A DNA stretch of 64,000 nt, taken from positions 14,294-78,293 of the forward strand of contig NZ_DATKTK010000050.1 of the NCBI RefSeq assembly GCF_035531155.1, read 5' to 3'. The first letter of the stretch is position 1. Each line of letters begins with the position of its first letter. Made by a program: the position numbers and the translations under genes. Origin of the DNA: Sulfuricella sp. (GTDB taxonomy: Bacteria; Pseudomonadota; Gammaproteobacteria; Burkholderiales; Sulfuricellaceae). The notes under the pieces are model-generated. The model was not told the DNA's origin. It did not search any database and saw nothing but the letters and a program-made list of their open reading frames with translations. Below are positions 40,189 through 49,742 of this stretch, piece after piece.

Positions 40189-41415
40189 ATGCAACCCGTA
40201 CTTAAATCCACCAAGCTCGCCAACGTCTGCTACGACATCCGTGGCCCGGTGATGGCGCGCGCCCGGCAGATGGAGGAGGACGGTCACCGCATCATCAAGC
40301 TCAACATCGGCAATCCGGCGCCGTTCGGTTTCGAAGCACCGGAAGAAATTCTCCAGGACGTGATTCACAATTTGCCCAATGCCTCCGGCTATTCCGATTC
40401 CAAGGGGCTGTTCGCCGCGCGCAAGGCGATCATGCACTACACCCAGGAAAAAAAGATTCGCGATGTGCAGATGGAGGACATCTACATCGGCAACGGCGTG
40501 TCCGAGCTGATCGTGATGGCGATGCAGGCACTGTTGAATACCGACGATGAAGTGCTGGTGCCGACGCCGGACTACCCGTTGTGGACCGCGGCAGTGACCC
40601 TGGCGGGTGGCGTGACGCGCCACTACATCTGCGACGAGCAGGCGGGCTGGCTGCCCGACCTGGACGACATCCGCGGCAAGATCGGCCCGAATACCCGCGC
40701 CATCGTCCTGATCAACCCGAACAACCCGACCGGTGCGCTGTATCCGGTGGAACTGCTGCAGGAGATCGTCGAGATTGCCCGTCAGCACCAACTGATCATC
40801 TACGCCGACGAGATCTACGACAAGGTCTTGTACGATGGCGCGACCCACACTTCGATCGCCTCGCTGGCTGACGATGTGCTGTTCATCACCTTCAACGGGC
40901 TGTCGAAGAACTACCGCGCCGCCGGCTATCGCGCCGGCTGGCTGGTGGTCTCGGGTGAAAAGCGTCATGCCCAGGACTATGTCGAGGGGCTGACCATGCT
41001 CGCCTCGATGCGGCTGTGTTCCAACGTGCCGGCGCAATACGGCATTCAGACCGCACTCGGCGGCTATCAGAGCATCAACGATCTGGTCGCGCCCGGCGGT
41101 CGTCTGGCTAAGCAGCGCGACCTCGCCTGGAAACTGCTGACCGACATCCCCGGTGTGTCCTGCGTCAAGCCGCAGGGGGCGATGTATCTGTTCCCCAGGC
41201 TCGACCCGAAAATGTATCCGATTGCCGACGACCAGGAGTTTATCCTCGAGCTGCTGCTCGAGGAGAAGGTCCTGCTGGTTCAGGGCAGCGGCTTCAACTG
41301 GCCCAATACCGACCATTTCCGGGTGGTGTTTCTGCCCAACGTGGACGACCTCACCGAGGCCATCGGACGCATTGCGCGCTTCCTCGAGCATTACCGCAAG
41401 CGGCATGGCTCCTGA
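40189..41415 (+). CDS. alaA: PLP-dependent aminotransferase AlaA
   Basis: KLANVCYDIRG, NPNNPTG, NGLSKNYR; usual position upstream of hom. Confidence 0.9.
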   Translation: MQPVLKSTKLANVCYDIRGPVMARARQMEEDGHRIIKLNIGNPAPFGFEAPEEILQDVIHNLPNASGYSDSKGLFAARKAIMHYTQEKKIRDVQMEDIYIGNGVSELIVMAMQALLNTDDEVLVPTPDYPLWTAAVTLAGGVTRHYICDEQAGWLPDLDDIRGKIGPNTRAIVLINPNNPTGALYPVELLQEIVEIARQHQLIIYADEIYDKVLYDGATHTSIASLADDVLFITFNGLSKNYRAAGYRAGWLVVSGEKRHAQDYVEGLTMLASMRLCSNVPAQYGIQTALGGYQSINDLVAPGGRLAKQRDLAWKLLTDIPGVSCVKPQGAMYLFPRLDPKMYPIADDQEFILELLLEEKVLLVQGSGFNWPNTDHFRVVFLPNVDDLTEAIGRIARFLEHYRKRHGS

Positions 41416-41451
41416 ACTGATTACTGACAACGGATAATTGAAAACTCACAT

Positions 41452-42768
41452 ATGAAACCCATCAACGTAGGATTGTTAGGCCTGGGCACCGTCGGCGGCG
41501 GCACCCTCACGGTATTGCGGCGCAATGCCGGGGAAATCACCCGTCGTGCCGGGCGCGAGATTCGCATCAAGATGGCGGCGGATCGCAACCTGGAAATGGC
41601 ACGGAAACTCGCCGGCCCAGAGCTGGAAATCACCGCCGACCCGATGGCAGTGGTGAACAACCCGGACATCGATATCGTCGTCGAGCTGATCGGCGGTACT
41701 ACGCTCGCCAAGGAACTGATCCTGAAAGCGATCGCCAACGGCAAGCACGTGGTCACGGCGAATAAGGCGCTGCTGGCGCTGCACGGCAATGAAATCTTCA
41801 AGGCGGCGCAGGCCAAGGGCGTGATGGTTGCCTTCGAGGCGGCGGTGGCAGGCGGTATCCCGATCATCAAGGCGTTGCGCGAGGGCCTCACCGCCAACCG
41901 CATCGAGTGGATCGTCGGCATCATCAACGGCACCACCAACTTCATCCTGACCGAGATGCGCGACAAGGGCCTGGCCTTCGATACCGTGCTTAAACAGGCG
42001 CAGGAACTCGGCTACGCAGAGGCCGACCCGACCTTCGACATCGAGGGCGTCGACGCCGCGCACAAGCTTACCATCATGGCGGCGATCGGCTTCGGCATTC
42101 CGATGCAATTCGACAAGGCCTACACCGAGGGCATCAGCAAGCTGACCAAGGAAGACATCGCCTACGCCGAGGAACTGGGCTACCGCATCAAGCTGCTCGG
42201 CATCACCAAACGCACCGACAAGGGCATCGAGCTGCGCGTCCACCCGACGCTGATCCCGGCCAAGCGCCTGATCGCCAACGTGGAAGGCGTGATGAACGCG
42301 GTGCTGGTGAAAGGCGACGCCGTCGGCGCGACCATGTATTACGGCCGCGGCGCCGGTGCGGAGCCGACCGCCAGCGCGGTGGTAGCGGACCTGGTGGACG
42401 TGACCCGGATGCTCACCTCCGATCCGGAGAACCGCGTGCCGCACCTGGCCTTCCAGCCGGACGCCTTGTCCGATGTGCCGGTACTGCCGATCGACGAGGT
42501 TCGCACCTCCTACTATCTGCGCCTGCGCGTGTTCGACAAGCCCGGCGTGCTGGCCGATGTGACGCGCATCCTGGCCGATCTGGGTATCTCGATCGACGCT
42601 ATGATCCAGAAAGAGCCCGCTGAAGGCGAGGACCAGGCGGACGTGATCCTGCTGACGCACGAAACCGTGGAGAAACACATCAACCAGGCGATCGCCAAAA
42701 TCGAGGCGCTGCCTTCGATTTCAGGCAAGGTGACGCGGATACGCATGGAAGCACTGGGATCGAACTAA
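41452..42768 (+). CDS. hom: Homoserine dehydrogenase
   Basis: GLGTVG, FEAAVAGGIP, YAEADP, C-terminal ACT domain. Confidence 0.97.
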   Translation: MKPINVGLLGLGTVGGGTLTVLRRNAGEITRRAGREIRIKMAADRNLEMARKLAGPELEITADPMAVVNNPDIDIVVELIGGTTLAKELILKAIANGKHVVTANKALLALHGNEIFKAAQAKGVMVAFEAAVAGGIPIIKALREGLTANRIEWIVGIINGTTNFILTEMRDKGLAFDTVLKQAQELGYAEADPTFDIEGVDAAHKLTIMAAIGFGIPMQFDKAYTEGISKLTKEDIAYAEELGYRIKLLGITKRTDKGIELRVHPTLIPAKRLIANVEGVMNAVLVKGDAVGATMYYGRGAGAEPTASAVVADLVDVTRMLTSDPENRVPHLAFQPDALSDVPVLPIDEVRTSYYLRLRVFDKPGVLADVTRILADLGISIDAMIQKEPAEGEDQADVILLTHETVEKHINQAIAKIEALPSISGKVTRIRMEALGSN

Positions 42769-42782
42769 TCAACGGCAATTTG

Positions 42783-42850
42783 AACCGCAGAGGCGCGGAG
42801 GCGCAGAGGGTTTCAAGCGATTTCCTCTGCGTCTCCGCGTCTCCGCGGTG
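42783..42850. repeat. Periodic-arm palindrome, CGCAGAG subtype (copy 1)
   Basis: AACCGCAGAGGCGCGGAGGCGCAGAGG ... CCTCTGCGTCTCCGCGTCTCCGCGGTG. Confidence 0.85.
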
Positions 42851-42861
42851 AGGTTTTAAAT

Positions 42862-44262
42862 ATGAAATATCTCAGCACCCGCGGCGGCATGCCGCCCAAG
42901 ACTTTCACCGAAATCCTGCTCGGCGGCCTCGCTACCGATGGCGGATTGACCATCTCCGAAGCTTACCCCAAGTTCAGCAAGGAAGAGCTCGCCGCCATGC
43001 GCGGCATGAGCTACCGCGAGCTGGCATTCGAGGTGATCCGCCGCTTCGCCGACGACATTCCTGCCGCCGACCTCAGGGCCATCGTCGACAAGACCTACAC
43101 CGCCGCGATTTTCTGCAGCGACGAGATCACTCCGGTGAAGACGCTGGAACCGGGGCTGCACATCCTCGGCCTGTCCTACGGCCCGACCCTGGCTTTTAAA
43201 GATGTGGCGATGCAGTTGCTCGGCAACCTGTTCGAGTATGTGCTGGCCAAGGAAAACGCCGAGATCAACATCCTCGGCGCGACTTCGGGCGATACCGGCA
43301 GCGCGGCGGAATACGCCATGCGCGGAAAAAGAGGAATCAGAGTGTTCATGCTCTCGCCGCAGGGAAAGATGAGCCCGTTCCAGACCGCCCAGATGTTCTC
43401 CCTGCTGGACCCGAACATTTTTAACATCGCCGTGAAGGGCGCGTTCGATGACTGCCAGGACATCGTCAAGGCCGTCTCCAACGACCTGGAATTCAAGGCC
43501 AAACACAAGATCGGCGCAGTCAACTCGATCAACTGGGCGCGCGTCACGGCCCAGGTGGTGTACTACTTCAAGGCCTATTTCGCGGTGACTAAAAACAACG
43601 ACGAGGAAGTGTCTTTCTCCGTGCCATCGGGCAATTTCGGCAACGTCTGCGCCGGCCATATCGCCCGCCAGATGGGTTTGCCGATCCACAAGCTGATCGT
43701 CGCCACCAACGAGAACGACGTGCTCGACGAGTTCTTCCGCACCGGCGTTTATCGTCCCCGTCCGGAAACGCAGCATACCAGTAGCCCGTCGATGGATATC
43801 TCCAAGGCGTCCAACTTCGAGCGCTTTGTTTACGATCTGGTCGGACGCGATCCGGCAATCGTGAATGAGCTATGGAAGGAAGTGGACGCCGGCGGAAGTT
43901 TTGATCTTTCCAAAACGCCGTATTTCGCCAGGGTCAGGGAATTCGGCTTCGAATCCGGTTCCAGTAATCACGCCAACCGGCTGGAAACCATACGCCGCAT
44001 GCATCAGCGGTACGGCGTGATGATCGATACCCATACCGCCGACGGCGTAAAAGTGGGGCTGGAGCACCGCGAAGCGGGCATTCCTCTGGTCTGTCTGGAA
44101 ACCGCGCTGCCCGCCAAATTCGAGGAAACCATCCGCGAAGCGCTGGGCTGCGAGCCCGAGCGCCCGGCTGAGCTGGTGGGGATAGAGAAGCTGCCGCAGC
44201 GCTTTGAAGTCATGGAGGCTGATGCGGAAGCGGTCAAGCGCTGCATCGTGGCGCACTCCTGA
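42862..44262 (+). CDS. thrC: Threonine synthase
   Basis: GPTLAFKD, GATSGDTG, NSINWAR, VPSGNFGN. Confidence 0.97.
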   Translation: MKYLSTRGGMPPKTFTEILLGGLATDGGLTISEAYPKFSKEELAAMRGMSYRELAFEVIRRFADDIPAADLRAIVDKTYTAAIFCSDEITPVKTLEPGLHILGLSYGPTLAFKDVAMQLLGNLFEYVLAKENAEINILGATSGDTGSAAEYAMRGKRGIRVFMLSPQGKMSPFQTAQMFSLLDPNIFNIAVKGAFDDCQDIVKAVSNDLEFKAKHKIGAVNSINWARVTAQVVYYFKAYFAVTKNNDEEVSFSVPSGNFGNVCAGHIARQMGLPIHKLIVATNENDVLDEFFRTGVYRPRPETQHTSSPSMDISKASNFERFVYDLVGRDPAIVNELWKEVDAGGSFDLSKTPYFARVREFGFESGSSNHANRLETIRRMHQRYGVMIDTHTADGVKVGLEHREAGIPLVCLETALPAKFEETIREALGCEPERPAELVGIEKLPQRFEVMEADAEAVKRCIVAHS

Positions 44263-44309
44263 CTTATTCCAATTTGCATTCAATCCAACAATAAACAGCA
44301 AAAATCTTT

Positions 44310-44406
44310 CACCGCAAAGGACGCGAAGGACGCAAAGGAAAAGCAATCAGGCTGGCATGTCTGAGGGTTTGGTTTTTCCTTTGCAACCTTTGCGTCCTTT
44401 GCGGTT
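44310..44406. repeat. Periodic-arm palindrome, CGCAAAG subtype (copy 2)
   Basis: ACCGCAAAGGACGCGAAGGACGCAAAGG ... CCTTTGCAACCTTTGCGTCCTTTGCGGT. Confidence 0.85.
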
Positions 44407-44485
44407 AGTGTTTTTTTGATAGAGAAATGGAATTGCAAGCTGGTACCCGGTCAGGGTTCGAACAAATATTATGTTCGAGTCGGCC

Positions 44486-45361
44486 TTATTGGCCACGGCG
44501 CACGACGATGAACACAGAAAAGGTCACGATGGACATGCCGGCGATCTTCTCGATGCCGAGCTTTTCGTCAAACAGCCATGCGGCCTCAAGTGCGGTGACG
44601 GCGGGCACCAGATAAAACAGGCTGGAAACTTTGTGGATCTCGCCGTGCTTGATGAGATAGTTGAGCAGCAGGATGGCGCCGATTGACAGCACGATGGCCA
44701 GCCAGAAGATGGCGAAGATCAGCTGATGGGTGAACTGGATTTCACGGCTTTCGAACAGATAGGTGCCGAGCCCGAAAATCACCACGGTGGAAAGGTACTG
44801 GAAGAACGCGCTGCTGAGGATTTCATTGTGGGCGCAGAATTTCTTCTGGTAGAGCGTCCCCGCCGTGATGCCCAGCAGTGCGATTACGGCGGCCCATGCC
44901 GCGTGCTGGTTGAACGGTGCCGCATGGTTGCTGCCGGCGGCGAAAATCAGGGTTAGCCCGAACAGCCCGAGCACCACGCCCAACCACTGCATGCGAGTGA
45001 CTCGCTCACCCAGCAGCAGTGGAGCGGAGATCGTGGTCAGCAACGGCTGCAACCCGACAATCAACGCGCACAGGCCGGCGGGCATGCCGGCCTTGATCGC
45101 GGTGAACACGCCCCCCAGATAGGCACCGTGGATCAGGCTGCCGCTGACCATCAAATGGAAGCGCTGGCGCCAGTTTGCCGGGGGAGCGGGTTTGAAGTAC
45201 GCGATCAGCGCGACGAGCAGAGCCAGCGTCAGCACGAAGCGCAGGAACAGCAGCGTGTAGGGCTCCGCGTAGGGCAAGCCGTATTTTGCGCCGATGAAGC
45301 CGGTGCTCCATAGCAGGACGAACAGCAGCGGAATGTTGGCGAGAAAGACCCGCTTAAGCAA
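44486..45361 (-). CDS. DMT/EamA family transporter
   Basis: LWSTGFIGAK, VGLQPLLT; about 10 hydrophobic segments. Confidence 0.9.
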   Translation of the reverse strand: MLKRVFLANIPLLFVLLWSTGFIGAKYGLPYAEPYTLLFLRFVLTLALLVALIAYFKPAPPANWRQRFHLMVSGSLIHGAYLGGVFTAIKAGMPAGLCALIVGLQPLLTTISAPLLLGERVTRMQWLGVVLGLFGLTLIFAAGSNHAAPFNQHAAWAAVIALLGITAGTLYQKKFCAHNEILSSAFFQYLSTVVIFGLGTYLFESREIQFTHQLIFAIFWLAIVLSIGAILLLNYLIKHGEIHKVSSLFYLVPAVTALEAAWLFDEKLGIEKIAGMSIVTFSVFIVVRRGQ

Positions 45362-46994
45362 TCTTGCCCAGCTTTCGGTCTTCCCGGATCATGTCGCTGG
45401 CTTTCTCGGCGAACATGACCACCGGCGAACTGGTGTTGCCCGAGGTGATGGCCGGCATGATCGATGCATCCACCACCCGCAGGCCGGCGATACCATGCAC
45501 GCGCAACCGCGCGTCGACCACTGCCATGGGGTCGGCTTTGAGGTCATTGCCCATTTTGCAGGTACCGACCGGGTGGAAAATGGTCGTGCCGATGTCGCCG
45601 GCCGCTTTGGCCAATTCTTCATCGCTTTGGCAGGCGGGGCCAGGCTTGAACTCTTCCGGCGTGTAGCGTTGCAAGGCCGGGGCGGCGACAATGCGGCGCG
45701 TCAGGCGCAGCGAATCTGCCGCCACTTTGCGGTCGCCCTCGGTGGACAGGTAATTGGGCTGAATAAGCGGTGCTTCGCGGCTGTCGGCGCTCTTGATGCG
45801 GATATGGCCGCGGCTTTCCGGATGCAGATTGCACACCGAGGCAGTAAAGGCCGGGAAATCATGCAGCGGATCGCCGAACTTGTCGAGCGACAAGGGTTGC
45901 ACGTGGTATTCCAGATTCGGAGTGACCTGGCTTTCATCCGAGCGGACAAAAGCGCCAAGCTGGCTGGGGGACATGGAGAGCGGGCCGCTCCGGAAGAGCA
46001 GATATTGCAGCCCCATGCCGAGCCGCCCCAGCAGGCTTCCGGCAGTTTCATTCAGGGTGCGGGTGTTTTTCACCTTGAACGCCATGCGCAGTTGCAGGTG
46101 ATCCTGGAGGTTCTCGCCGACCCCGGGCAGTTCGTGAATTACCGGGATGCCGTGTTGTTGCAGCAATGGAGCCGGGCCGATACCGGAACATTGCAGAATC
46201 TGGGGCGAACTCACTGCTCCCGCAGCGAGCAGGGTTTCGAGAGTGGAATCAGCCTGGAAGGCTTGATTGTTCTGCCAGAACTCAACGCCAATGACACGCT
46301 TGCCTTCGAAGCGCAGGCGCCGCACGACCGCGTTGGTGATGACTTTGATGTTGGGGCGACTCAGGGCGGGGCGCAGGAAACCTTTTGAGGCATTCCAGCG
46401 CACGCCGCGTTTCTGATTGACTTCGAAATAGCCACACCCCTCATTATTGCCGCGATTGAAGTCGATGACCTTGGGAATGCCGACCTCGGCGGCTGCATCG
46501 CGAAAGGCGTCGAGGATTTCCCACGACAACCGCTGCTGTTCAACCCGCCATTCGCCGCCGGTGTTGTGCATCTCGTCCGCGCCGCGCGCGTAGTCTTCAG
46601 AGCGTTTGTAGTAGGGCAGGACCTCGTCCCATCCCCAGCCGGGATTGCCCTGCGCCTGCCATTTCTCGAAATCGCGTACCTGGCCGCGCATGTAGATCAT
46701 GCCGTTGATCGATGAGCTGCCGCCGAGTACCCGGCCGCGGGGGTAGCCAATGGCGCGCCCGTTCAAGCCGGGTTCGGGCTCGGTTTTGAAGCACCAGTCG
46801 GTACGAGGGTTGCCGACGCAATACAGATACCCGACCGGAATATGAATCCACAAGTAGTTATCCTTGCCGCCCGCTTCGAGTAACAGGACCTTGATGTCGG
46901 GGTCGCTGGACAGGCGGTTGGCCAGTACGCAGCCGGCTGTTCCGCCGCCGATGATGATGTAGTCGTAAGAGCCGATCGAGGTATTCATGTTCAT
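45354..46994 (-). CDS. GMC-family FAD oxidoreductase (choline dehydrogenase-like; HpdH/DddA-type candidate)
   Basis: GGGTAG, LLEAG, GGSSSINGM, NLQDH, FHPVGTCKMG, VVDAS; WIHIPVGY segment differs from BetA as I recall it. Confidence 0.85.
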   Translation of the reverse strand: MNMNTSIGSYDYIIIGGGTAGCVLANRLSSDPDIKVLLLEAGGKDNYLWIHIPVGYLYCVGNPRTDWCFKTEPEPGLNGRAIGYPRGRVLGGSSSINGMIYMRGQVRDFEKWQAQGNPGWGWDEVLPYYKRSEDYARGADEMHNTGGEWRVEQQRLSWEILDAFRDAAAEVGIPKVIDFNRGNNEGCGYFEVNQKRGVRWNASKGFLRPALSRPNIKVITNAVVRRLRFEGKRVIGVEFWQNNQAFQADSTLETLLAAGAVSSPQILQCSGIGPAPLLQQHGIPVIHELPGVGENLQDHLQLRMAFKVKNTRTLNETAGSLLGRLGMGLQYLLFRSGPLSMSPSQLGAFVRSDESQVTPNLEYHVQPLSLDKFGDPLHDFPAFTASVCNLHPESRGHIRIKSADSREAPLIQPNYLSTEGDRKVAADSLRLTRRIVAAPALQRYTPEEFKPGPACQSDEELAKAAGDIGTTIFHPVGTCKMGNDLKADPMAVVDARLRVHGIAGLRVVDASIMPAITSGNTSSPVVMFAEKASDMIREDRKLGKIA

Positions 46995-47029
46995 GATGGT
47001 GGGCGAAGCCTCCGGTTAATTACCAAACA

Positions 47030-48253
47030 CTAGGCTAACGCCTCATCCAGCAGTTCGATCCAATGGCGCACCGGCAGGTCGGTGCCGCTTTGCAGGTGGG
47101 CCTGGCAGCCGATGTTGGCGCTGGCGATCTGCGCCGGGCTCCCGCTTTGCAGCGCATCCAGCTTGTTGCGCAGCAACTGCTGCGACAATTCCTTCTGCAG
47201 TATCGAATAGGTTCCCGCCGAGCCGCAGCACAGGTGTTTGTCCGCTACCGGCGTAAGCTCGTAGCCGGCCCTGGTCAGCAATTCCTCAATCACGCCGACG
47301 ATTCTTTGCCCGTGCTGCAAGGTGCAGGGGGAATGGAATGCCACCTTGCCGCGCGGGGCTGGCGAGAGCAGGCAGAACAGCCCGTCCTTTTCCGCAGCGA
47401 GAATCTCGCTCAGGTCGCGGGTGAGGCCGGAAATCCGTGCCGCTTTCCCGGCATAGGCCGGATCGTCGCGCAGCAGGTGGCCGTATTCCTTGACCATCGC
47501 GCCGCAGCCGCTGGCGGTCATCACCACCGCCTCCGTGCCTTGTTCCAGGTAGGGCCACCAGGCGTCGATATTGCGGCGCATGTAGTCCAGCCCTTCCGCA
47601 TGGGCGTTCAGGTGATAGCTGACCGCGCCGCAGCAGCCGGCTTTCTCGGCGCTGAACAGCGTAATGCCGAGCCGATCCAGCACCCGCGCAGCGGCGGCAT
47701 TGGTGTTGGGCGCCAAGCCGGGCTGCACGCAGCCTTCCAGCACCAGCATGGTGCGAGCATGTCGCGCGGTTGGCCAGGGTTTCGCCGGCCGGGCGATGGG
47801 CACTTCCTTTGCCAGCGCGCCTGGCAGCAGCGGGCGAAACAGGCGGCCGAGGGTGAGCAGGGAATTGAAGATGGCCGGACGGGGCAGCACCGCGCGCAGC
47901 AGCCTGCGCTGCACGGCCTGCCACGGGCTGCGGCCGATCTTTTCCTCGGCGATGGCGCGACCGATGTCCACCAGGCGGCCGTAGCGCACGCCGGACGGGC
48001 AGGTGGTTTCGCAGGAGCGGCAGGTGAGGCAGCGATCCAGGTGGAGCAGGGTTTTTTCCGTCACCTCGGCGCCTTCGAGCATCTGCTTAATCAGGTAGAT
48101 GCGTCCGCGCGGGCTGTCCAGCTCGTTGCCGAGCAGCTGGTAGGTGGGGCAGGTGGCGGTGCAAAAACCGCAATGCACACAGGCGCGCAGGATGGCCTCC
48201 GCCTCTTGGCCGGCGGCGGTGTGCTTGATGGAATCGACGAGATTGGTTTGCAT
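47030..48253 (-). CDS. glcF: Glycolate oxidase iron-sulfur subunit
   Basis: CVHCGFCTATC, CLTCRSCETTC, CCGSAG. Confidence 0.95.
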   Translation of the reverse strand: MQTNLVDSIKHTAAGQEAEAILRACVHCGFCTATCPTYQLLGNELDSPRGRIYLIKQMLEGAEVTEKTLLHLDRCLTCRSCETTCPSGVRYGRLVDIGRAIAEEKIGRSPWQAVQRRLLRAVLPRPAIFNSLLTLGRLFRPLLPGALAKEVPIARPAKPWPTARHARTMLVLEGCVQPGLAPNTNAAAARVLDRLGITLFSAEKAGCCGAVSYHLNAHAEGLDYMRRNIDAWWPYLEQGTEAVVMTASGCGAMVKEYGHLLRDDPAYAGKAARISGLTRDLSEILAAEKDGLFCLLSPAPRGKVAFHSPCTLQHGQRIVGVIEELLTRAGYELTPVADKHLCCGSAGTYSILQKELSQQLLRNKLDALQSGSPAQIASANIGCQAHLQSGTDLPVRHWIELLDEALA

Positions 48254-48262
48254 GTCGCTTAA

Positions 48263-48486
48263 TCCTAAAAACGGCGATTAACCACGAATGACACGAATGT
48301 TCACGAATAACCAAGAGTAGGCGCCTCTAGGCGACACGAAATAGTTAGAGACAATCATCGTGTCGTCTAGAGGCGCCTATTTTTGGCACCAAACAGGTGA
48401 ATCAGACTATCCATTATAACTAACTGATTATTAGTGAACATTCGTGTTTCATTCGTGTAAATTCGTGGTTAAAAGCTTTTTCTAGG
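48263..48486. repeat. Periodic-arm palindrome, CACGAAT subtype (copy 3)
   Basis: TTAACCACGAATGACACGAAT ... ATTCGTGTAAATTCGTGGTTAA with CCTAAAAA/TTTTTCTAGG outer ends. Confidence 0.9.
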
Positions 48487-49542
48487 TTAAAACGCCTGGT
48501 GCATGCGGCCGGGGTTGAGGATGCCGTGCGGATCGAAGGTCTGCTTCAGCCGCTGGTGCAGTTCCAGCAGAGGTGCGGACAGGGGATGGAACGGCTCGGC
48601 GCTGGGCTCCGGGCTGCGGAACAGGGTCGCCTGGCCGCCGAGCGCAGCCGCCGCCTGGCGGATGGTCGTCGCATCGGCGTCGCTCGCCAGCCAGCGCAAT
48701 GCGCCGCCCCACTCGACCAGTTGCCGTCCCGGCACGGCGATAGCCGGTGCCGTGGATGGCAGCGACAGCCGCCACAGCGTTTCGGCATGGAAAAACGGGT
48801 GGCGCTGCTCGCGCACGCTGTGCCAGAAACTGTCGGCATCTTCCACTATTTCGCCGCCGAGTTTTTGCCGTACCGAGCGCACCGCGGCGGAGGCGCCGGA
48901 AAGGCGCACGGTCAGCGCGCCTTCGTGGTAGCAGGTGGCGGACAGCGACAGCGGCTGCGCCGCCCAGCGATTCATCGCCTCGAGCGCCTCCCGCTCTGCC
49001 ATGCCGAAGCGCAGGGTCAGCTCTTCGGCCGGCAGCGGCAGGATCTTCAGCGACACTTCCAGCAGCAGCCCCAGGGTGCCGAGCGATCCGGCCATCAGTC
49101 GCGACACGTCGTAGCCGGCGACATTCTTCATGACCTGGCCGCCAAAGCGCAGCACCTCGCCCTTGCCGTCGATCATGCGCACGCCCAGCACGTAGTCGCG
49201 CACCGCGCCTGCATAGGCGCGGCGCGGCCCGGACAGCCCGGCGGCGACGCAGCCGCCGAGGGTCGCACCTGGGCCGAAATGGGGCGGCTCGAACGGCAGC
49301 ATTTGCCGGTTGGCCGCCAGCGCCGCCTCGATCTCGGCCAGCGGCGTACCGGCGCGGGCGGTAAGCACGAGTTCGGTGGGTTCGTAGGAGACGATGCCGC
49401 GACAAACGGTCGCGTCCAGCGTTTCGCCATGCGTAGGGCGGCCGTAGAACGACTTGCTGCCCGAGCCGAGGATGCGCAACGGGCGGCGATCGTGGCCGGC
49501 TTCGCGCACGGTCTGGCTGAATTGTTCGATGGTGTCCTGCAT
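48487..49542 (-). CDS. glcE: Glycolate oxidase FAD subunit GlcE
   Basis: YEPTELV, FEPPHF, GGQVMKNVAGYD; ATG 49542 (the longer ORF start lies in a repeat). Confidence 0.95.
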   Translation of the reverse strand: MQDTIEQFSQTVREAGHDRRPLRILGSGSKSFYGRPTHGETLDATVCRGIVSYEPTELVLTARAGTPLAEIEAALAANRQMLPFEPPHFGPGATLGGCVAAGLSGPRRAYAGAVRDYVLGVRMIDGKGEVLRFGGQVMKNVAGYDVSRLMAGSLGTLGLLLEVSLKILPLPAEELTLRFGMAEREALEAMNRWAAQPLSLSATCYHEGALTVRLSGASAAVRSVRQKLGGEIVEDADSFWHSVREQRHPFFHAETLWRLSLPSTAPAIAVPGRQLVEWGGALRWLASDADATTIRQAAAALGGQATLFRSPEPSAEPFHPLSAPLLELHQRLKQTFDPHGILNPGRMHQAF

Positions 49543-49550
49543 CGCTTTAA

Positions 49551-49726
49551 CCTTAAAACCGTAATTAACCACGAATGACACGAATGTTCACGAATGAACA
49601 CAAATAGTTAACAACAAATATCGCCTCACCAAACAGGTGAATCGGGTGAATTTCATTAATCCTTTGATTATTCGTGAACATTAGTGTTTTATTCGTGTAA
49701 ATTCGTGGTTAATCGCTTTTTTTAGG
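49551..49726. repeat. Periodic-arm palindrome, CACGAAT subtype (copy 4)
   Basis: Same arms as copy 3 with a shorter interior. Confidence 0.9.
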
Positions 49727-49742
49727 TTTATCTATAATCTTC

